A stretch of DNA of 64,000 nt from Acanthaster planci (Eukaryota), in assembly GCF_001949145.1 (NCBI RefSeq), contig NW_019091359.1, forward strand, positions 1,500,540-1,564,539, given 5' to 3'. Of the stretch, positions 1 through 15,400 are shown in pieces (within the stretch, counting starts at the first letter, position 1; the number at the start of each line of letters is the position of its first letter). The notes below the pieces were generated by a model. That model was not told where the DNA came from and ran no database searches. It saw only the letters and a program-made list of their open reading frames with translations. A program made the translations under genes and the position numbers.

Positions 1-328
1 ACTCGTTGTCAGGAGATGCATGATGGCAAGGAGGAAACTGATCCTGACAACAGGAAGCCTGGCTTGTGTGCAAAAATTGAATGCTATGGACAGAACCGTG
101 TCTCTTCACATCACAGTCTAAGGTTTTACCTACATGTACCAGCGGCTGGCTAACTAGACTGGCCGTCAGTGCAAAAACACGATTCATGCAGTGTTTTTTA
201 AAAGTTCTCATGCAGCTTCCAAAACACAAAATAACACACACTACCACTAAATACTAAATACAAACATGTTGGCCCAGGCTAACGTGGTAAATAAATCCTA
301 AAAATGGCATTTGGGGATATTAACTCAC

Positions 329-444
329 CTGGCAGTCTACGTTATCCAGATGGAGGGTGAGTCCCATGAACACATCTGGAAGCCAATTGTCCTCTGCTGG
401 GGCCTCTATGGCACTGGTACTAGAAGGCCTGAAAATAACGTCGG
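329..444 (-). CDS. LRRK2: LRRK2-like coding exon 9
   Basis: ctctcccag acceptor, GTGAGT donor; encodes DVIFRPSSTSAIEAPAEDNWLPDVFMGLTLHLDNVDCQ. Confidence 0.75.
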
Positions 445-3400
445 CTGGGAGAGACAGGAGGAACCAAATTTAAACCGAGGTTGGGATAATGGGGCAACTA
501 CAGAGCAGGTGACAACTGGAGGAGTAAGGAGACAGCATTCAGGAAGGTATTACCCGTTCCGTCTGGTTGTGAGCCAGGCTTATGAAAAGACAGTTTGCAC
601 ATGAATGAAACAAAATGCAAAAAAAGCTGAAATGAGAACCATGCTGAATGCAACGAAATGCAACATAGTCAATGTGGGAACCCTGCTTAATGCAACGAAA
701 NNNNNNNNNNNNNNNNNNNNNNNNNNNNNNNNNNNNNNNNNNNNNNNNNNNNNNNNNNNNNNNNNNNNNNNNNNNNNNNNNNNNNNNNNNNNNNNNNNNN
801 NNNNNNNNNNNNNNNNNNNNNNNNNNNNNNNNNNNNNNNNNNNNNNNNNNNNNNNNNNNNNNNNNNNNNNNNNNNNNNNNNNNNNNNNNNNNNNNNNNNN
901 NNNNNNNNNNNNNNNNNNNNNNNNNNNNNNNNNNNNNNNNNNNNNNNNNNNNNNNNNNNNNNNNNNNNNNNNNNNNNNNNNNNNNNNNNNNNNNNNNNNN
1001 NNNNNNNNNNNNNNNNNNNNNNNNNNNNNNNNNNNNNNNNNNNNNNNNNNNNNNNNNNNNNNNNNNNNNNNNNNNNNNNNNNNNNNNNNNNNNNNNNNNN
1101 NNNNNNNNNNNNNNNNNNNNNNNNNNNNNNNNNNNNNNNNNNNNNNNNNNNNNNNNNNNNNNNNNNNNNNNNNNNNNNNNNNNNNNNNNNNNNNNNNNNN
1201 NNNNNNNNNNNNNNNNNNNNNNNNNNNNNNNNNNNNNNNNNNNNNNNNNNNNNNNNNNNNNNNNNNNNNNNNNNNNNNNNNNNNNNNNNNNNNNNNNNNN
1301 NNNNNNNNNNNNNNNNNNNNNNNNNNNNNNNNNNNNNNNNNNNNNNNNNNNNNNNNNNNNNNNNNNNNNNNNNNNNNNNNNNNNNNNNNNNNNNNNNNNN
1401 NNNNNNNNNNNNNNNNNNNNNNNNNNNNNNNNNNNNNNNNNNNNNNNNNNNNNNNNNNNNNNNNNNNNNNNNNNNNNNNNNNNNNNNNNNNNNNNNNNNN
1501 NNNNNAATGTGGGAATCCTGCTGAATGTAACAAAATGCAACATAGTCAATAACGCTGTCCAAAAAGAATTTCCTAAAAAATGTAACCACTTACTGAGTTT
1601 GGTCAGGATGGAGAAACCTAGTGTTTGGATGTCGGTGCTTTGACGGAACGTTCTGATCCCACTCAGGACCAGCTGGGAGGCTCCATTCACTTCTAGGAGC
1701 TGCTGACTTTCAACTACCATGAACAAGAAAATAAAAGCCTTACAACAAATTCAAGATCTCACATTCAATTTGAATTCACATTTACATGTTTAGTGCATTG
1801 AGGTGCACAAATGGAAGAATATAAACTGGCTAAGTCTCAGCACATGGGTGTAACCAAGGTGTATATTCTGCCCTACCGTAGTTGAGTTACGAGTCAGGTC
1901 CCAAACCTGGTACAGGTCATAATGAAGTAGGAAATGATGAAAAATGAAGTTCATTTTAATACTTTGTGACTAGCAAGTGACTGACTTGTGATTGGCTTTT
2001 AAACAAAGGGTTTGCATGACTGCCATGTTGCAGGCTAGTGCTTTTGTTCTACAAGGTATGCCTAAAGGAAATTTCCCTGTGGAACTAAAGGAGAGTGCAG
2101 CATGATGGCTACCTGAAAGCCTCTACTGATTTGTGGCTGGCTTGGTATTGACTTGTGGTTGGCTTGTTGTTCACTTGTAATTGGCTTGTGATTGATTTGT
2201 GGCTGGCTTGTTGGACTTTTGATTACTTGGAGCTGGCTTATTATTGACTTCTGGTTGGCTTGATATTGACTTGTGGCTGGATTGTGATTGACTTGTGGCT
2301 GGATTGTGATTGACTTGTGGCTGGCTTCTTGTCTACTTGTAATTGGCTTGTGACTGAGGTGTGATGACTTGGTTACCACTCTCACACAACTCTAACTCTT
2401 ACTGTTTATTGCCACAGCTTTCATGAAGGCAAAGCCGGCTGTCTGCACCCCTTCCACATTGGGGAAGCTCCTCATGGCAGTCACCAGCAGCTTGTGATTT
2501 TCTTGAAGGAGAATGTCGTAGTTTTCCTCTACACAATAAAAACGAATGATAACGAGAATGTTACCCACTCTATGCCAATTGGCAGAAGATGTACCTCTCC
2601 CTATGCAGTCCTTGACATTGCAGCACCCTACAAAGTGTACCTAGGCACTTCCCACCAGCGAATCATTAACGCACACCATTCATGCCCTCATAGTTAATCA
2701 TGTGTAGATTATGGTAAACACTTCAAAACCCTTAACAATTCCTGAATGGAACTGGAGTAAAGGGTAAATAGATGAAGACTGTGTCATGCCGTGCTTTCTG
2801 TTTGGTGCTTCAGGACGATACAATACTGTTTTTAACACTTTCAAGAGCTCTTTCGACGAAAAAGTTCAAGTATTTCTGAAAGGTTTTGTACGTGTCAATT
2901 CTGAACTGACTGCATGTGGTTTAATTCCAGTGGACAAGGCACCTTAAACACAATGGACGAACATAAATGTAAGCTGTAAATGCCAAGTACATGCGATGCG
3001 CCAGCTTTTTCATGATTGAACATTGTGGGGCATTTTAATCAAGAACATTCTTAAACCCTCTAAATTCTGCCAATGTGCAGGGTTTCAGTGGCACTTATTT
3101 GAATTATAAAAGCTTATGATAGACAGCTGGCCTATGTTCTCAATTCTACAAATCCTCAAAAAAAATCTCCCAGTGAATTGTGAAGAAACTTGTGGAGGAT
3201 TATGAGAGGACAGTAATACGTTTAGGAGGCCGCAGTGAGCAAACTTAAAAGTTTACACAAAATCCTTTTAGCACGGAGAGATGGCCTGGCAAGCAGTCAA
3301 GAATTGTTGGGGTCTGATGTAAAGATTATTTGAAAATGGAAATACCTGAATCGGCTAAGACAGCCAATAGCCACAGGGCTTCCTCTTGGACACCTGGATC

Positions 3401-6400
3401 ACCAGGGTGATTTCTAAGAGCTGTTATGATTGGGTGGTGCTTCTTGGAGTCCACAAAGTCCACCTGGACTGAGGAATCTACAGAAAAAAGTCACAAAGCC
3501 AAAGTTTTTCACAAATTGCAGAAGTTTGTTTTGTTTCCAAAAAGCAATTACCGTCTCTAGTCAGCCCAAACACCTGGAAGCTTATTAAAATATCCTGCAA
3601 AGGAGTTGTTATAATGACAAAATAAAATAATGCAATTACCAGGGTTCTTCTTTAAATAGCTCTCAATGCATAAATTCCCTCCCAAAGAGCTGTTGTTATG
3701 TGAAATTTGTCCTTGTTTTTTATTCAATAAGAGCAGTAAAACCAGAGTTTGAACCTTGTAAAAACACAGAATTTTGGGGTCACAAATGCTGCAAAGTCCT
3801 AATAAATCATGCCGCCTCATAATGTTTACTTCTTCAACATCTTTGAGCATCACAGACAGTCAGTCTCCCAAGTAGACAGTCAACGCAGAAAGTACATGCA
3901 TACATGTATGATTTAACAGTGGTGACTTACATGTAGAGTCTTATCTGAGCTCATCTGAATTTGGACCTACCTTCTGCCAGGAGCTGCCGCAGGGCTTGGT
4001 TGGCCACCTTCTGCAGGCCCGCATCGTCGGGGAAATTCTGCATCGTCTGGACAACTGACTCCAGTATCTGCTCTTCCATAAGGGTGTTGCATATGTTGGC
4101 TTCAGAAAATGAAACAAAAAGCCCATAAAAACAATCCTCTTTGTGTGTTGCTTTGTAGCAAAGGTGTACACATTTATAAATTAAATTGAGGACACACAAA
4201 TGGTACATGTACATTTGGGCATGGCCTTGACTGGAAACTTTGTACAAAAGTGACAGGAGCTATATGCATATGTTCAAGTGTGAACAAAAACGAGGGACAG
4301 AAAGTGCATATGTGGTGGGGGGGGAGATAAGCAGTTTCTTATGAGCAAGTATCTCTTCACACAAATGAGATATAAATAGCCTCCTTATTGACACATTCAA
4401 TGCTGTGAAACTGCTCATTTACACAGGACTATTTCCCACAAAGACTTAAGTGTCAACTAACCATTTCCTGTATTTGTTTCGTAACTTTGCCATGAAACGT
4501 GACCATACATGACCATTTCCTGCACATTTGGAGGGATAGGAGCGTCGTGACTTTTGTTTCTGAAATTCATTATTACGATTGGGTTCTTTATTCCTTCCCA
4601 CTTGGACGGACCACAGATGCGGGTACATTTCTACCAGTCTGAAAATGAGACCAAGTTGGCAGATTGTCTTTTGAAACCCTCCTGGGGGAGTGTCAAATTG
4701 GAGGGAGCAGAGGAATAAGGGATGAGGTGGGGGTGGGGACGGAAATGGCACTCACCTGACATTGCCAGGAAAGTGATGACCTTCATGGCAGCAGTCTGGA
4801 CCCCCGAGTCTGTGGTGTGTTTACTCATGATCTCCAGAACATCCCTAGCATAACACAGATGACAGACAGGATCAAAACTCACCTACTGAAGTGAAATCTT
4901 CTCTTCCCCCCTCAAAAAAAGTTCCGAAAGACTGAATAAAAGCACTTCACAAGTGTCCTTACAATGTGATTGCTGTTGTGATGAGTACCTCCCACACAGC
5001 AAAATCAATTGTTTGCATAAAGTGGGAACCAGATTGCAAGAAAAAATCCAATGAGAGAAAAACCATTAGAAACAGGAGGAAACTACCTACATGTGCTACA
5101 CTTCAATGAGAGTTCACAGGCTTAAATTTCACTTTCGTTTCCACTCCTTGTCCAACAATAAATCAAGTTAAAAGAATCTTAAATGGGACAATCTCAGATG
5201 GCACATTTACAATTTAACTGTTCTGTAAAATTCATACATATAAAAAGGCATGCACAAAATGTGGCCTCTACTTATGACATAGGAAAAGAGTTAAAAAACG
5301 TGAGGGAAAAAGGTTCAACGTGTTCAAAAGCTAAGTCTTGTTATTTTCATAAAATGCAGCTTGTATATGGTTGCAGTAATTTTCAAACTTCTTTGACAGT
5401 AGCAAACCAGTGTTTTGACAGTGATCTGTTTGTAATTTAAGCTTAAAATTGATTATTGTAATATCAGGTACAGTTCTATTATTCACAGTTTTGTCCATTC
5501 CTAAAACTGGTCAAAAGTTTGATTGCTTTTCTTTGTTTACTGACACAGTTCACAAAATTGCTGGCAGCATCCGGCACAAGTTTGCTACTTTTGTACCACA
5601 GGGTAAAGATCAACACTTAGCTGAAGTTTCACAACACTAAAAGTTAATCATTAATCTCGGCACTTGTCCGGAAAAAAGCTGTTAAGTTTGCAGTGGTTTC
5701 AGTTGATAATTCCAGCAGATGTGAAAATAGGTGGGTATTCCCAGCAGGGCACAAAAGAGAAAAATCACATGACGGGCCCTTCTTTGTCAGTTTGTGAGCA
5801 AAGTACAGTTGTACATGACAAAGAATCTTATTTCATAACCACGACGTTTTCAGGATATAAAAAAAGCTATGTGGTTGCATGATATAGCTAATCTTATAGT
5901 GTTCTTTCTTAACTAAAGGTACCAAACAACCGCACGCACGTACGAACATTGTTTATTTAAAAATTCTTGACCTGACATTACTGCATTTCCTCATGCTTCC
6001 AAATTGAAGGTTCTAGATTTAATACTACCGAAAGAAAAAATCTGAACAATGCAACAAAAATATACTTGTCCCAAAAATTGGGTGGCAGGCACGGTACAAC
6101 ACAGAATGTTTTGATTCCATAAAAACAACAAAAGAATAAGCCACTGCCAAAGAAATTGGACCAAAGCAGGACTTCAATACAAGACTAACAGTCTGCAATT
6201 TCAAGTATACAGGGAACTAGAGTTCTGAAAGGGAACAAACGATGGCCACTCACTGGTGTACATTGCGCTTTTGGATGAGATCTCTCAGCTTGTTGCTTAC
6301 GCTCATCATGGCAGACAGGGCTTCGTGTCCAGCCTGATATCAAGGAAACAAGAGGACTCATGGGTGCATTTTGACAGAACAGACTGACGGGATCTAGATT

Positions 6401-9400
6401 TAAAAAAAGTAGACTGACTGTTGATAATAAAGAAATGTGTGGAGAGAGCATTTGGCTACAGTAACGGTGAAATTGAAGTTAATGAAGGATCCCAACATCT
6501 GTCAGTGGTTCAAGAGAATATTTTGTAAATCTGAAATATACACTGTACAAACAAGTACTATTAAAGTTGAAGATAGGGGAAACGTCTCATTAAAGTTAAT
6601 GCGTTTATTGAAAATTCAAAATAAAAGTACATTTTAATTAAATGCCTAAGCATCCATGAGTATGCACACAAAATAGAGGGGCTGTTGGCGATGAAAACAC
6701 AGAAAACATGTCAAATCCTTATTTTAACAAATCTCCATAATACTAACATCAAACGCGATCATCAAATTACTTGCTGACGGGATCCAAAGTCACACTGAAT
6801 AATATCTCCTTATCCGTTTTACACCTCCGCTCAACATGGCTTCTCAATCGGTCTGCAGAACCAGATGCTGGGATTTTGTCCCCGTCCGCACATTTAGACA
6901 AATGTGAAGCATCGAGCTCAGTTTCCGTCATAAACGTTTAGGATCAATGCTGGTGTGTTGCACAACTACCATAGAGTACATGTACGCCCAAGTACATGTA
7001 TCTGTACATGTTTTTATGCACGTCTCTGTTTGGGCCAGACGGTCATGATGTTTTAAATGTTGGAAGTTTCATAGAATTTGTTGGATGACAAAGACTGTTC
7101 ATGAGCAGTTCAAGGCCTGTGTTTACAAGTCAGGTACATCATACTGTACCTTGAGATACTGTAGAAAAAACTCTAAAACAATCCTTGGACATGTTTGGGG
7201 CAATCCGGGAATTGGTTTGAATGAAAAGAGAGGGCGCCTTCAGTAACGTAATGCATACATACGGGCTCACAATAAAGATAGGGTATGCCAATACACTTTG
7301 CTTAGTGAACACCCTTCCCTATACATACCATAATGTGAAGTTAAACATTTGAACAAATAACACTGCAAACCCCAATAGGCTGGTGAACTAACAGATAATT
7401 CTCAAGGTAAAATTTGTTGAAGATAAAGACTGTCCATTCAGTTCAAGGCCTCAGGTTAGAAGTCACGTACATGTACAAGTACATGTTATGTACATGTACA
7501 CGAAACCTACGTGCTTTATGTACAACTGAGGTGTAGGCCTACCTACTGTGAATGTAATGTACGTACACTACATGGATCCCTTGCAAAATTATCCAATACA
7601 GACAATTCAATAACAAATCCATGTTCCTACGGTACCTGTACATTTCAAATGTCAGCGGTGAATGTGTCAGTAAAATGAGAAGCGAAGGAAGAAAAACCCA
7701 CACAAATTTAAGGAACAAAAATGTCTAGAAAATCGAGTAGAAATCAAACAAAAAGCAACAACAGCAGCTGTACATTATAAAAAGTTAGAGACTGACTATA
7801 GAGTCTGTAGCCCATGGATCTCTATCAGTGATCCCAAAGCTAGTTCACGCGCTATTGATTATTAGGTGGGTGCTGGTGTCAGATGTAGGATCACTGATCG
7901 CGATCTGGATCCATGTGAAACAAACAGGCCCATAACTAGAGCCTGCTGTAAACAGGGCATCTGTACAGGCAAAGAGATTGAAGGTTACAAAGGCAACACA
8001 AGCCAACATGTAACGTTTCAATCATTAGCATAAATGCACATCATCCATTCACAGATCGTCAGCTCCCTCAACTGGAATGTATGGTAATTAAGGATCCAAT
8101 GTACTTCAAGAGTTTCACCACAAGTCTTCATAGGAAACAAAGACAATACTCACGATCGACAAGATGAAACAATGAAAGACTTCTACACGTAATTAAGCTG
8201 TTTCAATCCTTCGATAGCTGTTACTCCCATCATTTGCTGTCCACTTTCAATGAAATTTCCTCTGCTGAGTACTTTTCTGAGTTTTTCTTGCCAAAGAACA
8301 TATACTAATTTGCAAGCAGATGCAAGGACACCTACTGTTGAAGAATCCACATGACAATCTGGCAGATGTAGGGGACCACTCCAATATTAAGGTTTCCCGA
8401 GATCAATTTTCTCATTGGTCATGCTCTAGTTATCAACTGTACCGGTACATGTAGCTACTGGTACACGCGCAGTCTCTGTGGCATCAATTTTCTCAAGAGG
8501 ATAATGACACTAGAAGGTTGTACGTACATGTATGTATCTTAGGGAAAGTGTTCTCCCACAATGGGTGCTAAAGGTTAAGTTGACTGACTGCTTTTCTCCC
8601 CCTGCTTATCAGTGACTGGCCAGTCTGGGAACAGTCACGTATGATTGGTTGGAGGTTTATGCAAATGAAACGGTTATCAAAGACTAACAAAAGATCGACA
8701 AAGGGGCTTCAATGCATTTTCAGTTTCATTTAAAAACCAAAAAAACCAAAAGACAAAGGCTTGCACAAGGCCACCTGAAATTGTCAATTTGCCTGCATTT
8801 ATTCCATTGTTACCAGTACCTTCCATCTTCCCAACCGTGCTACTGCCATATTTAGCAGATTTTGGTTTTGCTTCCTTAGGGGTAGGGATACACGGTGCAC
8901 GATAGTAAAGGCAAGACTCCCCCAGGGGTGGGGGCTTTGTCCCCGTGTAACAATTCCTTCCATTGAGGAAGAGTAGGCATAGGCTAACTCAGGTGGCAGC
9001 CACTCCTGAAAACAATCGTCATAAAATCATCTTTTGGGCTGAACTGAAAGGTTTCCTGCTTTCCCATCATTATCAGTCCATTCTTAGACAATAGCTTCAT
9101 CTCCTGCTTTACTGCAACAATCAACTCTAACCCTCTACTTGCCATCATTACTTGTTTTTAAAACACTCTGGAAAGGGTTTATTCACTAAATAGCTTGATA
9201 AAATCTTTTAAAACAAATCTCCACGTGCTAAGTGCATGTAAATGCATGGAACTGTTTTTAGTATATACTCTCACAGGACTTACACGTATATGTACATGCA
9301 TACTGTACATGTACATGTGTAAATGTACTTCTTTTAACCTTACTAGCAACATTCCAAATCCTTGCAAAACTCAAAACACCATTAAGCTTTGCACATAAAT

Positions 9401-12400
9401 GGTTGGACTCTGTTTATTTGTGGTATGCCCAATCCCACATGAAACACAACCAGTATACCAGAGCAGTACTCATCCTAACAGATTCCAACAAGTTTGGCTA
9501 GTTTGAAATGGTTAGGGTTAAACCTGCTTGCCTTCTCAACCTACAGTACCCGTAGGCCTCCTATGCAGGTACTTNNNNNNNNNNNNNNNNNNNNNNNNNN
9601 NNNNNNNNNNNNNNNNNNNNNNNNNNNNNNNNNNNNNNNNNNNNNNNNNNNNNNNNNNNNNNNNNNNNNNNNNNNNNNNNNNNNNNNNNNNNNNNNNNNN
9701 NNNNNNNNNNNNNNNNNNNNNNNNNNNNNNNNNNNNNNNNNNNNNNNNNNNNNNNNNNNNNNNNNNNNNNNNNNNNNNNNNNNNNNNNNNNNNNNNNNNN
9801 NNNNNNNNNNNNNNNNNNNNNNNNNNNNNNNNNNNNNNNNNNNNNNNNNNNNNCAGCGTGCCTCCTATGCAGGTACTTGTACGAAAAGCGTGCCTCCTAT
9901 GTAGGTACTTGTACTAATAGTGTGGTAGAAAAATGGCACCAGAAAGAATGAGAAGTTTATGCCTGTTTGAGAACAGAGCGTAAGGCTTTTCCCCTTTTTG
10001 AGTTTTTTAATGAAAAAGATTAAGGCTTTAAAGAATGGGCATGAAATTTCATATTATTTTCATCCATAACACTTCTCTTTCCAGCAAAGTATCTGCAAAG
10101 ATTCAATTCAATTGTACATCCGGGAGATACAGTATAGGGCTTCAAACATTGCACCTTTAATGTCATGTGACTTGTCACTTGATGAGATCCCCATCACATG
10201 ACGTCAATTTTGGTCTAAACCCTTCCTTTTCCAGCTACATGTATCTGCAAAGTTTCAACCCGATGGGACGTATACTTCAGGAGATATAGGGCTTTAAAGA
10301 GTGCACCTTTAAGGTCATGTGACTTGGCACCTGAAGACATCATCATCACCACATACTGGCAATTTTCGTCTATATCCCTTTCCTTTCTACATGTACATGT
10401 AGTTATCAAAGATTCAACCGCACAGCACACTATGTGAGTACCAACGTGTAGCCCACCTACTGTACATGTACAAGTACAGGTACCCTGCCCTACTGAAAAA
10501 GATCTAAGGTTCCCTAACCCCCTAGGGGGCATGTAAAATTATATTGAAATCCGAGGATTTGGGACTTTTTTTAAGCAATCCAATGGATTAGTAATTCATA
10601 CAGATTCTGTCTCGACGGGGTAAGACAGGATAAAGTCTGAAAGCCTCTAAGTTGTGAATACATGAGGATAAGGTCAGGCCTGATACATGTACATGTATGC
10701 AGAGTAGGCCTGTTAATATGACATTCAAATTATACAACGTGCATGACCCAAGTGGTTAGTTTGGGTCTTGTAACTTTTGATTTGTTTTTCTTATAGCTGT
10801 CCCTAACATTCCCGAATCCTCAGATTTCAGTATGATTTTACATGCACCACAGGGGGTTAGGGTAATACTCAACAGTGACGTGCAAGCACAAACTCCTTCT
10901 ACTTGATGCCAGAGCATCATCAGATCTGGTAATGTGTTACCAGCGAGTAGTTTCCATCTTTATTTCAAACAGAATACAAAACCCAAGCAGTTCTCTCTTT
11001 TCCAGACAAATCTGTCCATATCACTTCCAATAAAGACTGAACGAATATTTGCAGTGGACTGGTTGCCCGACATCATCCTAATTATAAGAACATCCCAAGA
11101 TTATGCCAGGCTGCTTTGCACCTTGCCCATTTGTTCTTCCCAGGACAGGTGAATGTTCAGTCTCTTCTTGGCATATAGGTGGACGTCAATGTGCTGATAG
11201 GCGCATGTGTAAATATTGAAATGACAGGGTACATGCAGTTTGACCTTCAGGGGTCCAGATTAAAGTCGCTTGCTGGCCGCTCTCAGCTTAGATCGATAAG
11301 ATTCAGGGAAAGTTGGGATCATCATTGCCCTTCTTGTGGTGGGGTCCTTTTACACCATTTCGTTAACAGACTGTAGTCAGAAATGGCACTTCCAATTTCA
11401 ATTCATTCAGTTCTACTGGCAGATGACCTGTGTACAGACTGATCCATACGCCATGATCATTCCAGCCTTGTGTTGTTCTTCAGGGAGAAATCTGTTAGTG
11501 AAATACACTGTACCAAAAGGTCTATGTGTAGCATCAAAGTCCAAAGTCTTAAACTACTAGTAAGTACATTCACGATGGACAAGAGATGCATTCTGAGTGT
11601 TGGTTTTTCCAGGTCTTTCACATACCAAAACCCAAACCCCAAGTCTCAAAACCCAACCTCCACCTGAATCTGAAGGCACAAACCCCAACCAAATCCCCAA
11701 CCCAACCCAACCAAAACAAACCAAATCAAACTAAACTCTGGTGTCACTGTAAACAGCCAACAGTTCAGAGCACTGCTCTCTCTTTCACCTGTAAGTGGTA
11801 TGGGTCTGCTTCTGGCATGACAACATGTACTGTACCTACCTGCTGAATATCTGCTTCGTAGGTACGATGCTCCATCATATCCATGACAGGCCTGTGAGCA
11901 TGATAGTCCTCAAGGATCTGCACACAGTCCGCTGGAAAACAGAACAAAAAACCAATCAAATTTTTCACCCAGTACACTGAGGCAGGACAAGTCAATGGTA
12001 GTCCAAGTTGGTATGGCGTGGCATCCCAGGCACGCTATCAGAGCTACTGGCACGTGTATGGCCATTGGTACATCTACCGTACAAGCTATTACAGTGAGTA
12101 CTACACGAGTATCTGGTAGTTGAAACCAAAGATTGTGTAGCACTGCGCAGCGGCGCAAGATGGGGAACTTCACCGTGAATGCACGTAAAACGTTGTTATC
12201 ACATGGGCGCCATTCTGGTTGGACAACGCCTGCGCAGTGCATGTTAATGCACAGAAGCAGGCACCGCGACAGGCACGCACACACACTAACGTTCACACTC
12301 GAATGGCGCCCACCGGTGATACATGTAACACCTTTATGGCCGAATTACCCATCTTGCGCCGTTACGCGGCACTATATAATCTTTGGTTGAAACCATCATA

Positions 12401-15400
12401 AGACCAGACACAAGCCCATTCTCAAGACAAGTCTTTTGTTGCTAACGTGGTTCATCTGAATACAGACTAGCGGTCTTCTGTTAGTCTTGTGTAAAGAGGC
12501 CATGACTAAAACTTTGGCATTTGGCAAAGTACCGGTTCATGTAACGTCTTTGCAGCAGGTGAAGACTTCAAGCTACAAGTAAAGCTAACACATCTGATCA
12601 TCTCAGTGCGTCCTACATACATGTACATGTACATGCACTCTACGTACATGTACGGTACATGTACGTACATGTACATATTTGTAACCTGCATGCATGACGA
12701 CTTTTTTGCATTACCTACTAAATAATAAAAAATGAAGAGTGCCTGTACGCAAGGACATGTGGAAATATTTATAAGCACGATTTCATACCATACATGTACA
12801 CTGATGTTACATTTATGAACACATGTACATATGGGTTTCATCGGTACAAAATAGTTAAAAACTAGTTGTGCGAAACTTGACCCAAGTGGATGGATCTGTT
12901 ACAGATGTTTGGATCATGAAGAATTTGGAGGGTTTCCAATTTATTTTTAAGTACCAATCTACATGTATGTTCACCTGTTTTAAATCAATTCGGCTGTCCA
13001 AAATGACACAGCTACAATGAATTAGCTCAAATAAAACGACACAAGAAGAATATTAAAATGAAGAAAGAAGATGCAAGCAATACTCTACCCGTTCCAAGGG
13101 TTGTTCTTTTTGTTGCAAACTTTCCACCTGCTACAAGGCACAAAGTGCATGTTCATGTTTGAAAAGTCAAATCGGAATCCAATTTTATACTCTGTTGAAT
13201 GCACTTGAATTCAATCGAAACCTACATGTACCTGACCGGTAAAATCACTGGAGGAAACGCACTGATCCAGGAAAAACACAAGAAGACCACATCAGCACTG
13301 GAAAGTCCCTCTGGATTTAGAAAATTAGCACAGGTACAAAGGAACCGACAAGTATGATGATCATTTCCTCACCGAGTGACACAGCTAAAGTTCTGTGAAT
13401 TTGTGTCACTAGAACCGACAGTGACAAAATGACTACTGGTACATGTACTTGGGTACAGATCAGACCACAGAAAGTTTGAAAATAATCTGTGTACTAGGAA
13501 GTAACAAGTTTGGCAGTACCGCAGTTCTTCTCTGGTAACAAAGTGCCGGAATGCCTATTCACCAATGTGTGTCATTAAGGATTTCCTTCATGTCCTTTCT
13601 GACGAGACACAGATGACACATTTGGGGGGCTCTATAGTAACTTTATGTCTCATTTCACTTAGACAATGTTAGAGACATCACTTTTGACGTCAGTTTTTCT
13701 CTTCATCAAAGTCATGTGATTAACTGAGCTTTTCTTTTGATGAAGAAGTAACAAGCTTGAAGTCAGAGTTCCATGTCATCTGAAGCCAGACCCTCCTGCT
13801 TGTACACGTAAGTGCAGATTGCAGATGTCTTGTCATTTGTCATCAAGCTTCCAGGGGGTCCATTTCTGGCTAGAGGTAATTCCCATGCAACACCAGAGGC
13901 ATTGCTGGGTTTAAACCAGATTGAAACCCCGAGTCCAGAAAAAAAACCATGCAAGAACAAACTCCTACCAACTACTCCACTCTCACTGTTCGGCTTAATT
14001 ACAGAGCTCTCAGTGAGTCCAAATCTTTTGGACTACTGCGTGTACACGTACGGTACACTGTAGGTTCAAATCTGCCACCTCGTCCCCAACAAGCTAAATC
14101 AGAATTTTCTGGGAGTGGAATGGCGCCATTAGTCTCCTTGAAACAGCATGCTTAGGAATTATCTCCAGCTAACTTTGAATGTCCAGGCTCGGTAAACTGC
14201 AGAGTCACACTTGTTCCCAGTGCCGGGTAGACGATGACATGTAGAGTTCGAACATGAGGTCCAAGCTTCAGCTGCATGTGGAATGCCCATTCATCTGCTT
14301 CCTAAAAAGTTACCACAATGATCTAACATGTCCTTTCACAGAATTCCTTACATTCATAATGTTCATTACAGAAAAGTGCAGGTGTATGTACCCATAAATC
14401 TGCAAACATCATTTCCATGCATACGTGTATCATGAAACTCACCTGAGATGCACATTACAACATAGTATACCTATGTACAGGTGTGCAGCACATCCCAGGA
14501 CCAGACATGAAACTTCAGAATGTTTTGAAAACACTGCACATGCACATGTACATGTACAGTCAGCACTGAATGGTTCCTTCTTCGATAGTGAGTGGTTCAC
14601 TGTACATTATACATGTAGATACAGTTTATAATCCAGACTATTAAAAACCCTGATATCATGCAAATGATACAGTTAAATTACTGTCTGGATGTGGATTACT
14701 GTTGGCCTGGGTTTGGTTTGTTATGTAACACCATGTGTCTGTGCACGTGTTGTGAAGCATGCATGGTCATACCATATACATGTACATGTATACATACATG
14801 TATATACAAACGATATCAGCAAGCAGCACTATGGTTTTGCTTGATAAACTGATAAATTACATGTTTTGTGATCTAAGTTTGTCTCCATGGTTTCATCGTG
14901 AAATATACATGTACATGTATATGGTTATGAAACCACTATGTGAATCCATGCACGGTACATGTACATGGGCTGGTAGACCATACATGTAAATGCCAAAAGA
15001 TGTTTTACTGCATGTTTACATTCATGTTTGGTCCTTATACAATTTCATGAATTATTCTTCTCAATCCCCCGTCAACTCTTCTCAAGGTAACTCCAGGACA
15101 TTCTTGGCAATACATGTACAGTATGCAGGTAACTGTATGCATTCATTTACATGTACCGTTTCTTCCTTTAAATCTTTCTAAAACTCACTTTTTGTGCATT
15201 TTATACCATTTTCTAATGTATGAAAACTGTTGTTTAGGGTAAAAAGCATTCAAAAGTGCACTTTTTTTAAACATTTAAAAATGTTCAGGCTTTTCTGGAC
15301 AAGTGAGGGCGCTGTTCCTGTGATGTACATGTAAATAAGGGAAGACACTGTTCTATTTCCATGTTTTCAGGTTCCAATTTGAACCCCAAATGCGCTCTTT

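Noticed and set aside
1..60. Possible LRRK2 exon 10 at the window edge
   Set aside because: Several AG acceptors and frames are possible, and none clearly fits phase and homology; truncated by the window.
539..1726. Long ORFs of 300-395 aa, and similar ones at 9494-9917 and 17599-17799
   Set aside because: Artefacts of N-gaps translated as X; only the exon at 1594-1713 is real.
2062..2385. 107-aa Q/S/H-rich ORF
   Set aside because: Translation of an intronic tandem repeat.
11620..11735. (CCCAA/CCAAA)n tract resembling telomeric repeat
   Set aside because: Irregular pentamer microsatellite, not TTAGGG.
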